From the IMG/VR virus record IMGVR_UViG_3300045051_000720, positions 1 to 64,000 of that record: a stretch of DNA of 64,000 nt; one strand, given 5' to 3'. Positions 17,289-26,492 of this stretch are shown here, one piece after another. Position numbers and translations under genes: made by a program. Position 1 is the first letter of the stretch; each line of letters opens with the position of its first letter. The notes under the pieces were generated by a model, which saw nothing but the letters and a program-made list of their open reading frames with translations, had not been told where the DNA came from and did no database searches.

Positions 17289-17458
17289 CCGCTCATACCA
17301 TCAAGTGTACATGTTGTGGGGATGATACCGACGAGGCCAAGGCCTATACCGATCCTGACCTTCGGACACCCGTCTGCGAGGAATGCAAACTGGCGTTGAG
17401 ATGGGCTCAAGCACGCCTCAAGGAAGCCAACATCGTCGCGCCGCCGCGCGAGCCATGA
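17285..17458 (+). CDS. small zinc-finger protein
   Basis: hand-translated MTAHTIKCTCCGD...VCEEC; ATGA overlaps at both ends. Confidence 0.6.
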   Translation: MTAHTIKCTCCGDDTDEAKAYTDPDLRTPVCEECKLALRWAQARLKEANIVAPPREP

Positions 17459-18429
17459 TCAAGTGTCTGATCGATGATTCGGAGCACCCCTCCTATGCCG
17501 CTCTCCACACCTATGTGTGGAGGACGTATCACATGGGCAAGGAGTCGTATTATCGCACCTATCTCCCGCGCCACGATCTGCTTACGGGACAACCCATTCC
17601 CTTCAAGGATGCCGAGCAGTATCTGGGCGCTGACTTCGCCAACCGCGTCAACCTGAAGAAATGGCTTGCCACTCAGCCGCGCGAGGTGGGGTTGGCGTGG
17701 GCCAAGGAGTGGTTGGCCAAGCGCAAGGTCTCCAAGGGTCTGATCTATGCCCCGTCGCAGGCCGAGTTGCGCACCCTATGCACGCCCACGATGCCCTATT
17801 ACGAGGCAGTGGCCGCGGACGAGGGGGGCTACTATGGAATCACCACCGCAATGGGATTCAAGCTGCGCTATGTAAAGGGTCTGGTGGGTCAGACGCTACC
17901 CGCCGGAGTGTCGGTCATACAAGACACTCGCGAGCAGGCTCCTGTCAAGCTGGACCTTCCAACCCGTATCGATACCCTAGATGTAGGCGACTATGCTCTT
18001 GCATCGCCACATGACCAAGGCGTCCGCATCGAGCGCAAGTCTCTCGGTGATTTTTGTGGCACGCTCAGCGCGCGCAAACAGGTGCGCGAAGGTAAGACCA
18101 AGACGACCGAGTGGACAGCCTACGAACGCTTTGACCGTGAACTCACGCGCGCCAGTGAGGCAGGTCTCTACGTTGTCATGATGGTCGAGGCCAATATCAA
18201 TGACGCCCAACGATTCGACTACCTTCCTCAGACCAAATGGGTGAAGGCCACGCCCGCGCACATCCTGCACAACCTGCGCACGCTGTTGACCAAGTATCCC
18301 CTCTCGTTTCAGGTCGTGTTCTGCGATGGGCGAAAGGAGCTGGCAGACAAGATGACGCGCGTGCTGGCGTTGGGCGCGGCGGTGAGGTCGTACGACCTTC
18401 AGTACCACCATGAGGAGGGTCTCCTGTGA
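17455..18429 (+). CDS. ERCC4/XPF-family nuclease
   Basis: QDTREQ, LDVGDY, IERKSLGDF motifs. Confidence 0.85.
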   Translation: MIKCLIDDSEHPSYAALHTYVWRTYHMGKESYYRTYLPRHDLLTGQPIPFKDAEQYLGADFANRVNLKKWLATQPREVGLAWAKEWLAKRKVSKGLIYAPSQAELRTLCTPTMPYYEAVAADEGGYYGITTAMGFKLRYVKGLVGQTLPAGVSVIQDTREQAPVKLDLPTRIDTLDVGDYALASPHDQGVRIERKSLGDFCGTLSARKQVREGKTKTTEWTAYERFDRELTRASEAGLYVVMMVEANINDAQRFDYLPQTKWVKATPAHILHNLRTLLTKYPLSFQVVFCDGRKELADKMTRVLALGAAVRSYDLQYHHEEGLL

Positions 18430-20405
18430 GCTGGAAGGGCAACGGAAACAACCCCCCGCCCGACCCGATCACGGACTGGAACGCCGAGTTCGAGTGCCTG
18501 CTTGACTACAACGAGCTGCCCGAGGACATGGCGCGCAAGACCCTTGGGCGCTTCCTGATGACCAATATCGGGATGCTAGTCGAGATCCTCACACGCAAGA
18601 TGCTGGAGCCTTACCAGCGCATCGTGCTGAAGGGTTGGCTGAACAAAAATTTCTCACTCACCATCGCGGGCCGTGCGTGGGGTAAGAGCACCGTTGCGTC
18701 GCATTTCTGCTATCTCTATTGCCTGCTCAACCCGGGCCACCATATCTTGATCTGCGCCGCGACCTTCAGGTCCAGCCGTCAGATTGTTGAACGCATCGAT
18801 GAATGGGCCAACGCCGCGGGTGGTGAGTTATTGCGTGAGACGCTCAAAGCAACCCCGACCGGTGGTACCATCATCAAGAAGCAGGACCTGTATCGCATCT
18901 GGTTCAAGAACGGTTCATCGGTCACAGCAGTACCTCTGGGCGATCCCGACAATCTGCGCGGCTTTCGGTGCAACGTACTGATGATCGACGAAGGCCTGCT
19001 CATCCCACAGCACACCATCAACATGGTGCTCAAGCCGTTCCTCGCAGGCGGCGCCGACGCGACCAAAAAGCAACGCATCCGCCGCCGCGAGGCGCGCCTC
19101 ATCGAGATGGGCAAGATGCAGGCCAAGGACAAGGTCAAGTTCAAGGCCGACAGCAAGATGATCATCATCTCGTCCGCCTCCTACCAGTGGGAGGAGCTAT
19201 ACAAAGACATCTACAAACCCTACCGCGCCATCATCGAGGCAACGGATGTCGAGCGTCCGCGCGCCGAGGAGAACGAGAAGGGGGCATCCAGTTACCTCGT
19301 CCATCAGCTCTCCTACAAGATGGTCAACCCCGACCTGATGGACACCAGCATCCTTGAGGAAATCCGCGAGAAGCGCATCCCCGAGAGCGTCATCAAGCGC
19401 GAATACGAGGCACAGTTTGTCAACGAGTCGGGAGGCTTCTTCAGCGCGCGCCAGATGGCAGATTGCACTATCCCACTTGGCCAGCGGCCTTGTATCGAAA
19501 TCGTGGGCGAGCGTAACGCCGAATACATCCTCGCCGTCGACCCGGCGGGTGGCAGCATCGGTAACGATGCGGCGGGTGACCATTTCGCGATGTGTGTCAT
19601 CAAGATCATCCAGCGCGCCAAGGATGGCAAGAAGATCGGGTTAGTGGTACACCAATACGCGTGCGCGGGCAAGGACATGAAGCACCACCTAGCTTACATG
19701 TACTACCTGCTCAAGCGGTTCAACGTGGTCTATGTCGTGATGGACTCAACCGGTGGCGAGAACATGAGCTTTTTGACGATGTGCAACGAAAGCGAGTACT
19801 TCAAATCGCGCAAGATGGAGTTGAAGGCTATCGAGGCGGACTTCGCCAAGGAAGGGTTTGACGACACCGTCGCCGCGGTGCGCCGCTCGTACAACGCCGA
19901 CAGCAGTTTGCGGCGCATCGTGCATAACCAGTATTTCTCCTCCAGCATCATCAAGGCCGGTAACGACCACCTACGCGCCTGTTTTGAGCAGAAGACCATC
20001 ATGTTCGCGTCCAAGGCAGCGTCAGTGGACGGCGCAGTGGCTCAGATGTGCCAATGTGATATACTCGACATTCACAAGACCCATCCCGAATACTATGATC
20101 CTGAGTTGGAGGGCAGCGCCTCCATGCACGAGTTCGTCATCTATCAGGATGCCATGATGGACCTCGTCAAGACCGAGTGTGCGCTGATCGAGGTGAAGGC
20201 GAGCCCGCTGGGGCATCTGACCTATGATTTGCCCCAGCACATGACGCGTAACCGGAAGGATGAGAGGCGCTCCAGAAAGGACTCATATTCAGCACTTTGG
20301 CTAGGTGTCTGGGGCCTTAAGATATATCTTGCTATGTTGGAGATGCCCCCGCCCGAGGATGACACCTTCGTCCCTGTAGCTATCCCGATGCCGGGGGTGG
20401 GATAA
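18426..20405 (+). CDS. terL: terminase large subunit
   Basis: Walker A AGRAWGKST, RGFRCN + Walker B LMIDEG, RNaseH-like ILAVDP and C-terminal KDSYSAL. Confidence 0.92.
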   Translation: MSWKGNGNNPPPDPITDWNAEFECLLDYNELPEDMARKTLGRFLMTNIGMLVEILTRKMLEPYQRIVLKGWLNKNFSLTIAGRAWGKSTVASHFCYLYCLLNPGHHILICAATFRSSRQIVERIDEWANAAGGELLRETLKATPTGGTIIKKQDLYRIWFKNGSSVTAVPLGDPDNLRGFRCNVLMIDEGLLIPQHTINMVLKPFLAGGADATKKQRIRRREARLIEMGKMQAKDKVKFKADSKMIIISSASYQWEELYKDIYKPYRAIIEATDVERPRAEENEKGASSYLVHQLSYKMVNPDLMDTSILEEIREKRIPESVIKREYEAQFVNESGGFFSARQMADCTIPLGQRPCIEIVGERNAEYILAVDPAGGSIGNDAAGDHFAMCVIKIIQRAKDGKKIGLVVHQYACAGKDMKHHLAYMYYLLKRFNVVYVVMDSTGGENMSFLTMCNESEYFKSRKMELKAIEADFAKEGFDDTVAAVRRSYNADSSLRRIVHNQYFSSSIIKAGNDHLRACFEQKTIMFASKAASVDGAVAQMCQCDILDIHKTHPEYYDPELEGSASMHEFVIYQDAMMDLVKTECALIEVKASPLGHLTYDLPQHMTRNRKDERRSRKDSYSALWLGVWGLKIYLAMLEMPPPEDDTFVPVAIPMPGVG

Positions 20406-20420
20406 TTGGAGCGAGATTGG

Positions 20421-20428
20421 GTGTATAA
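20421..20428 (+). promoter_or_regulatory. putative late promoter GTGTATAA
   Basis: recurrent motif between terL and HNH/portal. Confidence 0.6.
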
Positions 20429-21217
20429 GTGAGAATCAAAGTCATTTCTGTGCCAAATCAAACCACTTCTAAGCAATGCCCTAGATGTCAAATTGTAAAA
20501 GAGTTGACAGATTTTCGCGTTGACCGCTCGAAAATATCTGGATACGGATCACATTGTAAAGCATGTGAGGCGGCTCGACGACGCGAGTGGTATGCGTCTC
20601 ATCGTGAAGAAAGCGCGGCCAATCACGCCGATTGGGTAGACGAAAATCGAGAGTATCTAAATGCATATCGGCGCGCTAGACAGTCTAAGGACACAGAATT
20701 TGTTGGTAAAAATAAATCTCGCACTAGACAAACACACGAAGAATGTGTTGAGAAAAGAAAAAATCAAGCAAGGGCATATTATCGCCGTACAGCCGATCAA
20801 CAGAAGGCCTATCGAAAAGAATATAACGCCACGCATAAGAAAGAAAATGCGCAACGCAAGGCAAGACAAGAAAGAGAGCATATCAATTACAAAATAGCTA
20901 ACCGTCTTCGAGCGAGAACAAGACTAGCTTTACGCGCCCAATCTAGCCAGAAACAATATACTCTAAACGAATTTTTGGGTTGTACACCTGAATTTCTGCG
21001 ACACTGGATTGAACAGCAATTTCGTGATGGAATGACTTGGGATAATTGGGGGTTGGGGGATGGCAAGTGGCATATCGATCACATCCGTCCCTGCGCATCG
21101 TTTGACCTCACCGATCCCGAACAACAGAAGCAGTGTTTCCATTATACTAATCTCCGCCCACTCTGGGCGATAGAAAATCTATCCAAAGGTGGTAAACTAT
21201 GTCACGAAAATACGTAA
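20429..21217 (+). mobile_element. free-standing HNH homing endonuclease
   Basis: N-terminal CPRC...CKAC Zn motif, WHIDHIRPCASFDL...HYTNLRPLWAIENLSKG; AT-rich. Confidence 0.85.
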
Positions 21218-23238
21218 AAAAATCCGAATACTGGTCCCAACCTCGGAAGCCTATTATGGTTCCGGCTATAGCGGCCCCCAGCACACCATCTAATACGCAA
21301 GTACCATTTGGAGATGTAGAGGCGGCATTTGATGGCCACGCGCATTATTCCGCTACAGCCGCATGTGGAGGGGGTGATGTCATAAATACTTCCTATCGAG
21401 ATAGTGCGGCTCCGTCCGTATTAGATGTCAATCGTTACCGAAACATTAGACAAGGGATTGTGCCGATTTCAGAAATCGAAGGTAATTATTCAGTATTCGG
21501 GGCCATCGATCTTGTTTATAGAGCTTATTACAATTTCGCGCTTTTGCGAAACGCCATTTCGATGCTTACTGATTTCAGTTCAGGAAAGATCAATGTCAAG
21601 ACCTCTAATAAACGAGTAAAAACCTTCATTGAAACGTGGCTTGATGCTATTGGCATCAATGATCTTCAGCAGAAAGCTTTTCTTGAATACTATCGTTCGG
21701 GTAATGTCTGGTTTTACAAATTTAGCGGTAAAATTAGCGACGATGGGTTGAACATGCTTAGGCGTGCCTATGCTAAAGAAACGGTCAGAGGTCAACAAGC
21801 ATTTTCGAGTCGGCAGAGCAAGATTGTTCCCATTCGGTATATCATACTGAATCCAATGCAAGTCTATTTAATGCGTGGGGCGTCCTATACCTATGGCTAC
21901 GTGCGCATGCTATCGACCTACGAGATCGAGCGGCTCAAGAACCCCCAGACCGACGAAGACAAGCAGATCTTCGACTCGTTCCCAAAGGACATCCAGCGCC
22001 AGATCAAGCAAGGCGGCGCATGGAGGTACCTGTTCGTGCCACTCGACCAAAACCGGCTCTACTACGTGTTCTATCGCAAGACCGACTACGAGCCCCTTGC
22101 GGTACCGATGGCCTTTCCTCTGCTGAACGACATCGAGTTCAAGCTGGAGCTGCGACGCATCGACATGACGCTCGCGCGCACGATGGAGCAAGTCGTGTTG
22201 CTCGTCACGGCGGGACAGAAGGCCGATCAGTTCAATCAGGCCCCCGGCAACAAGCAGCTGGTTGCTCTCCAGAATATCTTCCAGAATCAAACCATCGGGC
22301 GGGTGCTGGTCGCCGACTACACGACCAAGCTGGAGTGGTGCATCCCCGATCTCAAGGAGCTGCTCGGTCCCGCCAAGTACGAGCGCGTCGACAAGGACAT
22401 CAAGGAGGGCCTCCAGTACATGTTTTTTGGCGAGGAGAAATTCGCCAACGCCGCCATCAAGATCCGCATCTTCATCGAGTCGCTCAAGGAGGGCCGTCGC
22501 GCCTTCTTAGAGGGATTCCTCATCCCCGAGGTCAAGAAAGTCTGCGAGCAGATGGGCTTCCGCGATGTTCCCACGCTGGAGTACGAGGACATCGTTCTCC
22601 AAGACGAGGCTCTGATGAACCGGCTGTATGTCCAGATGGGCCAGCTGGGTTTCCTCACCCCCGACGAGGTGTTTACGGCGGTCAAGACAGGGGATTTGCC
22701 GACGACGGAGGAGTCCCTAGACCATCAAGAAGCGCACAAGGCCGCGCGCAAGAAGGGGTTGTACGAACCCGTTGCGCCCGCACTAGCCGGCGGCAAGGGT
22801 CGTCCTGACGGCACTCCCGGTACACCTGCGACGCGCCATGTGTCCACCCCGATCGGCCAGACCAAGGCCAGCGAAGACATCGTGCGCGGCGATCATCACT
22901 TCGGCATGGTACGAATCGCCGAGAACCTCGTCGCGATGGACAAGGTACGCGCGGCAGTGGAGGCAACCCTCCTCAAGCAGCACAAGCTAGATGAGCTGAA
23001 CGATGCCCAGCAGATCGTCGCCGCGCAGGTGGCGCAGTCGATTTGCTTCAACGAGCCCGAGGGTCAGTGGCTGAAGGCGGTCAAGCGGTACGTCAAGGAG
23101 CCGCGAGACCCGCCCAAGACCGTGACCGACGAGATCGCCGAGATTCGTGCGGCGTATCACGAGGATGAACACCCGATCAGTCAGTGGCTTGGGGGGGTGT
23201 TGGTGCGCAGCAAGGTGGATTTCACGCCACGGGCGTGA
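21199..23238 (+). CDS. portal protein
   Basis: position between TerL and protease; EYYRSGNVWFY, DYEPLAVPMAFP, DYTTKLEW motifs; 679 aa. Confidence 0.8.
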   Translation: MSRKYVKKSEYWSQPRKPIMVPAIAAPSTPSNTQVPFGDVEAAFDGHAHYSATAACGGGDVINTSYRDSAAPSVLDVNRYRNIRQGIVPISEIEGNYSVFGAIDLVYRAYYNFALLRNAISMLTDFSSGKINVKTSNKRVKTFIETWLDAIGINDLQQKAFLEYYRSGNVWFYKFSGKISDDGLNMLRRAYAKETVRGQQAFSSRQSKIVPIRYIILNPMQVYLMRGASYTYGYVRMLSTYEIERLKNPQTDEDKQIFDSFPKDIQRQIKQGGAWRYLFVPLDQNRLYYVFYRKTDYEPLAVPMAFPLLNDIEFKLELRRIDMTLARTMEQVVLLVTAGQKADQFNQAPGNKQLVALQNIFQNQTIGRVLVADYTTKLEWCIPDLKELLGPAKYERVDKDIKEGLQYMFFGEEKFANAAIKIRIFIESLKEGRRAFLEGFLIPEVKKVCEQMGFRDVPTLEYEDIVLQDEALMNRLYVQMGQLGFLTPDEVFTAVKTGDLPTTEESLDHQEAHKAARKKGLYEPVAPALAGGKGRPDGTPGTPATRHVSTPIGQTKASEDIVRGDHHFGMVRIAENLVAMDKVRAAVEATLLKQHKLDELNDAQQIVAAQVAQSICFNEPEGQWLKAVKRYVKEPRDPPKTVTDEIAEIRAAYHEDEHPISQWLGGVLVRSKVDFTPRA

Positions 23239-23246
23239 GTGTATAG
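23239..23246 (+). promoter_or_regulatory. putative late promoter GTGTATAG
   Basis: 9 nt upstream of ATG 23256. Confidence 0.7.
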
Positions 23247-23255
23247 CCAAGGGCA

Positions 23256-25775
23256 ATGGCCCCAACGCCCCGCCACAAGGCCCGCTTCGTAGCGACGGCC
23301 CATCTATACACGCCGCCTGCGAGTGAGCAGATGGAGGCCTGTGCGTCGCTGGACAAGCTGCGCGCGCTGTTGCCTTCGGACATCGATCCTTCTACGCGTC
23401 CCACCCTGCTGTTCGCTGCGGGCAATCTGGCAGTGGCAAATTTGGCCAACCTTAACGACGACGCCGTCACGCTCGAAGACACCTTGCGCACCTATCGCCA
23501 GTTCGAGTGGCAGCTAGTGGATGTGGAGCACAACCGTGGCACAGTCGTCGGGTTCATCGTCAAGGCCGGGCTGAGCGAGTTCGGCACCGATCGTCTGATC
23601 ACCGAGGACGAGGCCCGCGCCGCGGGCAAGCCAGTGAATGTCGCCATTGTTATTGCGCTATGGCGCGTAGTGGACCCCGAGCTGGCGAGCTGGCTGGAGC
23701 GCGCCGACGCTCCCGGCAGCCCCGACAAGGGTAAGCTCAGCCTTTCGTTCGAGGTCGGGTTTGACGACTACGACGTAGTCTTGCTGCCCAAAGACGCATC
23801 CAACTTAGCCCTCGCCACCGCGCGCATCACACCCGACTCGCCCGAGTTCGAGCACTACAGCAAGATGCTGCGCTGCTACGGTGGCAAAGGTGTGTACAAG
23901 GACCAGCGGGTCGCGCGCATCATCATGGGTAATATAGTACCGCTCGGCGCGGGCATCGTGACGGTTCCAGCGGCGGACGTGAAGGGTTTGACGACCATCA
24001 CGGAGAGCCCCCATGCAGCGGACCCAGCCGCGGCGGCGGTAGTGAATGTGAACGCCGAAACTGATGCGGGCCTGTATAAATACAGCTCCACCCAATGCAC
24101 CCTCGCCGAGGCTGACGCCGCGCCGTTCAAGGCGTTTGCAGCATCTATTCCTGACGAGCACGTGCATACAGACGAGAAGGACTCGACGTTGGGACGGGAG
24201 ATGTCCACGCACTGCACCGTCCTCTACGGTATCAAAACCGCCGATGCCGAGGCCATCAAAACCATCCTCGCGGGATTCGGCCCCATCAAGATGACGCTGG
24301 GCAAGGTGTCCATGTTCGAGCGGGACGCCTACGATGTGCTCAAAGTGGACGTGGACAGCCCCGACCTGCACCGCGCGCACGCGCTCATCAAGACGGCCAC
24401 GGAGACCGAGACCAAGTGGCCGACCTATTCGCCGCACGCAACGATTGCCTATATGCGCAAGGGTCACGCGCGCGGCTACGTAGGCGACAGCCGCTTTGAG
24501 GGGATGTCGTTCACGTTCAACAGCGTCACGTTTTCTCCTCACACTGGCGACCGTGTCGAGATCCCTCTTGTACAAACCACCACCGCGGCGGTGTATATAG
24601 ACAACGACATGGCCACCCCCTCCCGTTTGATCAAGCTCCCCCAAGGCTGGCAGGAGCGTCTCAATTCCATTGCCAACTGGTCCGCCTCACCAGAGGGCGT
24701 GGTCACCGCTGCGAGTCTTCCGCATGGCGTGACGATTACCCTCTCCGATGGCCGCAAGATCGTTGCTAAAGTCGTTGATGGTCAGACACTTGAGGCAGCG
24801 ACGGAGGTCTCGATGGCCGGAGTGGTCATCACCGACATGACGCCGGGTGTGGGTCCGCAAGCCGACGATCCTGCTAACGAGCATCCCGCCAAGGCCAATG
24901 TCTATCCCACCAAGACGCCCGAGAAGGTTGCCGCAGAACAGGCCGAGCTGGAGAAGCAGCGCGCGGGTCAACAGGCGGGGTATAGCGGAGCCTCGGTTGC
25001 CCAAGTCACTAGCCTTCTTCAGTCGGTCGCTGTTAGCACCGCAGATCTCGCTGATGCTGTCTCTCGCATAAACACTGCCTCCGCAAGTGTATCATCCATC
25101 ACGACCCCATCTTCCCCCATGAACCTCTCTGATCTCAAGCAATCCCTCGCCAGCGTCAAGACTATCGAAGAGCTGCCCACCGTCGTTGCCAACGTTGGCC
25201 TGTTCGCCGACGAGATTGCCAAGGCCAGCGAGAAAATCGCCGCCGAGCGCAAGGCTGCCGTTGAAGCACAAGCCGCCGCCGAGAAGACCCTCGCCGAGGT
25301 CAAGGCCCAGCTCGACCAGATCTCCAAGGCTCACAATGACATGGTCGCCGCACAACAGGCCGCCGCCGCTGAGGCTGCGTTCCAAGCGCGCATGACCGCC
25401 GTGGCCGATACGTTCGACCTTGACGACGAAGTGCGCGCCGATGTGACCGAAGAGGTCAAGGCGTGTGCTGACGATGCTGCGTTCGCCAAGTGGATGACCA
25501 AGGCGAAGAAGACGATGAAGGGCTGGCTCAAGGCCGCGAAGCCGGCGAAAAAGGACGATGACGGCGACGATGATGACGCGCAGGCCAAGGCCGCCGCGAA
25601 AACGGCCCTTGCTTCCGCCAAAGCCAACATCGTCGATCCCAACATTCCGAATACGCTTGAGGTCAACGCCAAGACGCTGCGTGAGCAGTACGCGGAGACC
25701 TTCGCCAAGGGTATCCGCATCGGCGGCGAGAGTGTCGCTGACATCACCGCGCGTGCCAAGCCCGCGAAGAAATAA
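23256..25775 (+). CDS. prohead protease - 2H phosphoesterase - scaffold polyprotein
   Basis: HK97/herpes-type protease motifs (VEH, SLSFEV, GAGIVTVPA); HCT and HAT 2H motifs; acidic Ala-rich coiled-coil C-terminus; located between portal and MCP. Confidence 0.8.
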   Translation: MAPTPRHKARFVATAHLYTPPASEQMEACASLDKLRALLPSDIDPSTRPTLLFAAGNLAVANLANLNDDAVTLEDTLRTYRQFEWQLVDVEHNRGTVVGFIVKAGLSEFGTDRLITEDEARAAGKPVNVAIVIALWRVVDPELASWLERADAPGSPDKGKLSLSFEVGFDDYDVVLLPKDASNLALATARITPDSPEFEHYSKMLRCYGGKGVYKDQRVARIIMGNIVPLGAGIVTVPAADVKGLTTITESPHAADPAAAAVVNVNAETDAGLYKYSSTQCTLAEADAAPFKAFAASIPDEHVHTDEKDSTLGREMSTHCTVLYGIKTADAEAIKTILAGFGPIKMTLGKVSMFERDAYDVLKVDVDSPDLHRAHALIKTATETETKWPTYSPHATIAYMRKGHARGYVGDSRFEGMSFTFNSVTFSPHTGDRVEIPLVQTTTAAVYIDNDMATPSRLIKLPQGWQERLNSIANWSASPEGVVTAASLPHGVTITLSDGRKIVAKVVDGQTLEAATEVSMAGVVITDMTPGVGPQADDPANEHPAKANVYPTKTPEKVAAEQAELEKQRAGQQAGYSGASVAQVTSLLQSVAVSTADLADAVSRINTASASVSSITTPSSPMNLSDLKQSLASVKTIEELPTVVANVGLFADEIAKASEKIAAERKAAVEAQAAAEKTLAEVKAQLDQISKAHNDMVAAQQAAAAEAAFQARMTAVADTFDLDDEVRADVTEEVKACADDAAFAKWMTKAKKTMKGWLKAAKPAKKDDDGDDDDAQAKAAAKTALASAKANIVDPNIPNTLEVNAKTLREQYAETFAKGIRIGGESVADITARAKPAKK
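24591..24598 (+). promoter_or_regulatory. internal late-promoter motif GTGTATAT before in-frame ATG 24609
   Basis: GC-rich upstream flank and spacing match the intergenic copies. Confidence 0.45.
25119..25775 (+). CDS. putative nested in-frame scaffold protein (MNLSDLKQ...)
   Basis: GTGTATC at 25087, C-rich leader TCTTCCCCC-ATG, in frame with the protease; coiled-coil domain starts here. Confidence 0.5.
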   Translation: MNLSDLKQSLASVKTIEELPTVVANVGLFADEIAKASEKIAAERKAAVEAQAAAEKTLAEVKAQLDQISKAHNDMVAAQQAAAAEAAFQARMTAVADTFDLDDEVRADVTEEVKACADDAAFAKWMTKAKKTMKGWLKAAKPAKKDDDGDDDDAQAKAAAKTALASAKANIVDPNIPNTLEVNAKTLREQYAETFAKGIRIGGESVADITARAKPAKK

Positions 25776-25803
25776 CTCACGCATATAAATCGCGCTACAC
25801 TGA

Positions 25804-25811
25804 GTGTATAG
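25804..25811 (+). promoter_or_regulatory. putative late promoter GTGTATAG
   Basis: upstream of decoration/MCP genes. Confidence 0.7.
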
Positions 25812-25845
25812 ACCTTCAACCCCCCTCTTACCATAGGACCACCCC

Positions 25846-26445
25846 ATGAGCGTTCTCACCAATAGTGCCCTCCTTCCCTTCCGCCAGTACGCCGATGCCG
25901 AAGTGATTCAGCTGTATTCGGCTGACTTCACTGGTCAGGCCGGTACGCTGGTTACCCTCCAGACGGCCAACCAAGAACCCTCACAGGGTGCAGGTGCCTA
26001 CACGACTTCCGCCCCGCTGACGGCCTTCACGAACGTCGGCAACTACGCCTACAACAACCCCCGCAAGGTTCGTCCGGCGACGACCGACGACAACAAGTTC
26101 CAGATGCTGGGCTTGACCCTGTACACGGTCGCCACTCACGACGAAAACGGTATCCCGCTGCGCGGCCTGCCCTACGACAAGACCCTTGAGCGTGGTTTCG
26201 TACAGACCGGCTTCACGGTTCCCGTCCTCGCACGCGGTATCGTGACCATCAAGCAGTCGCAGGTTGCCGGTACGGTCGCCGCTGGCTCCATCGCCATCGC
26301 GGGCACCAACGGCACCATCACGGCCCTCGCCAACAGCGCGGCCAACACCATCGTAGTCGGCACGGGCGCGTACGCCATCGGCAAGTTCCTGAGCACCTCG
26401 GGTCTGGCCTTCGGCGGCTACTACCAGCTCAAGCTGGAGCTGTAA
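25846..26445 (+). CDS. capsid decoration/cement-like protein
   Basis: 199 aa beta-rich protein immediately before MCP; VPVLARGIVTI motif. Confidence 0.6.
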   Translation: MSVLTNSALLPFRQYADAEVIQLYSADFTGQAGTLVTLQTANQEPSQGAGAYTTSAPLTAFTNVGNYAYNNPRKVRPATTDDNKFQMLGLTLYTVATHDENGIPLRGLPYDKTLERGFVQTGFTVPVLARGIVTIKQSQVAGTVAAGSIAIAGTNGTITALANSAANTIVVGTGAYAIGKFLSTSGLAFGGYYQLKLEL

Positions 26446-26492
26446 TCCCTTCCTCTCCCATCAACCCCTATTAGGCACCCCCTATCCTCTCC

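Noticed and set aside
24075-24082. T4-type late promoter TATAAATA
   Set aside because: Single copy inside coding sequence (Tyr-Lys-Tyr codons); not found upstream of structural genes
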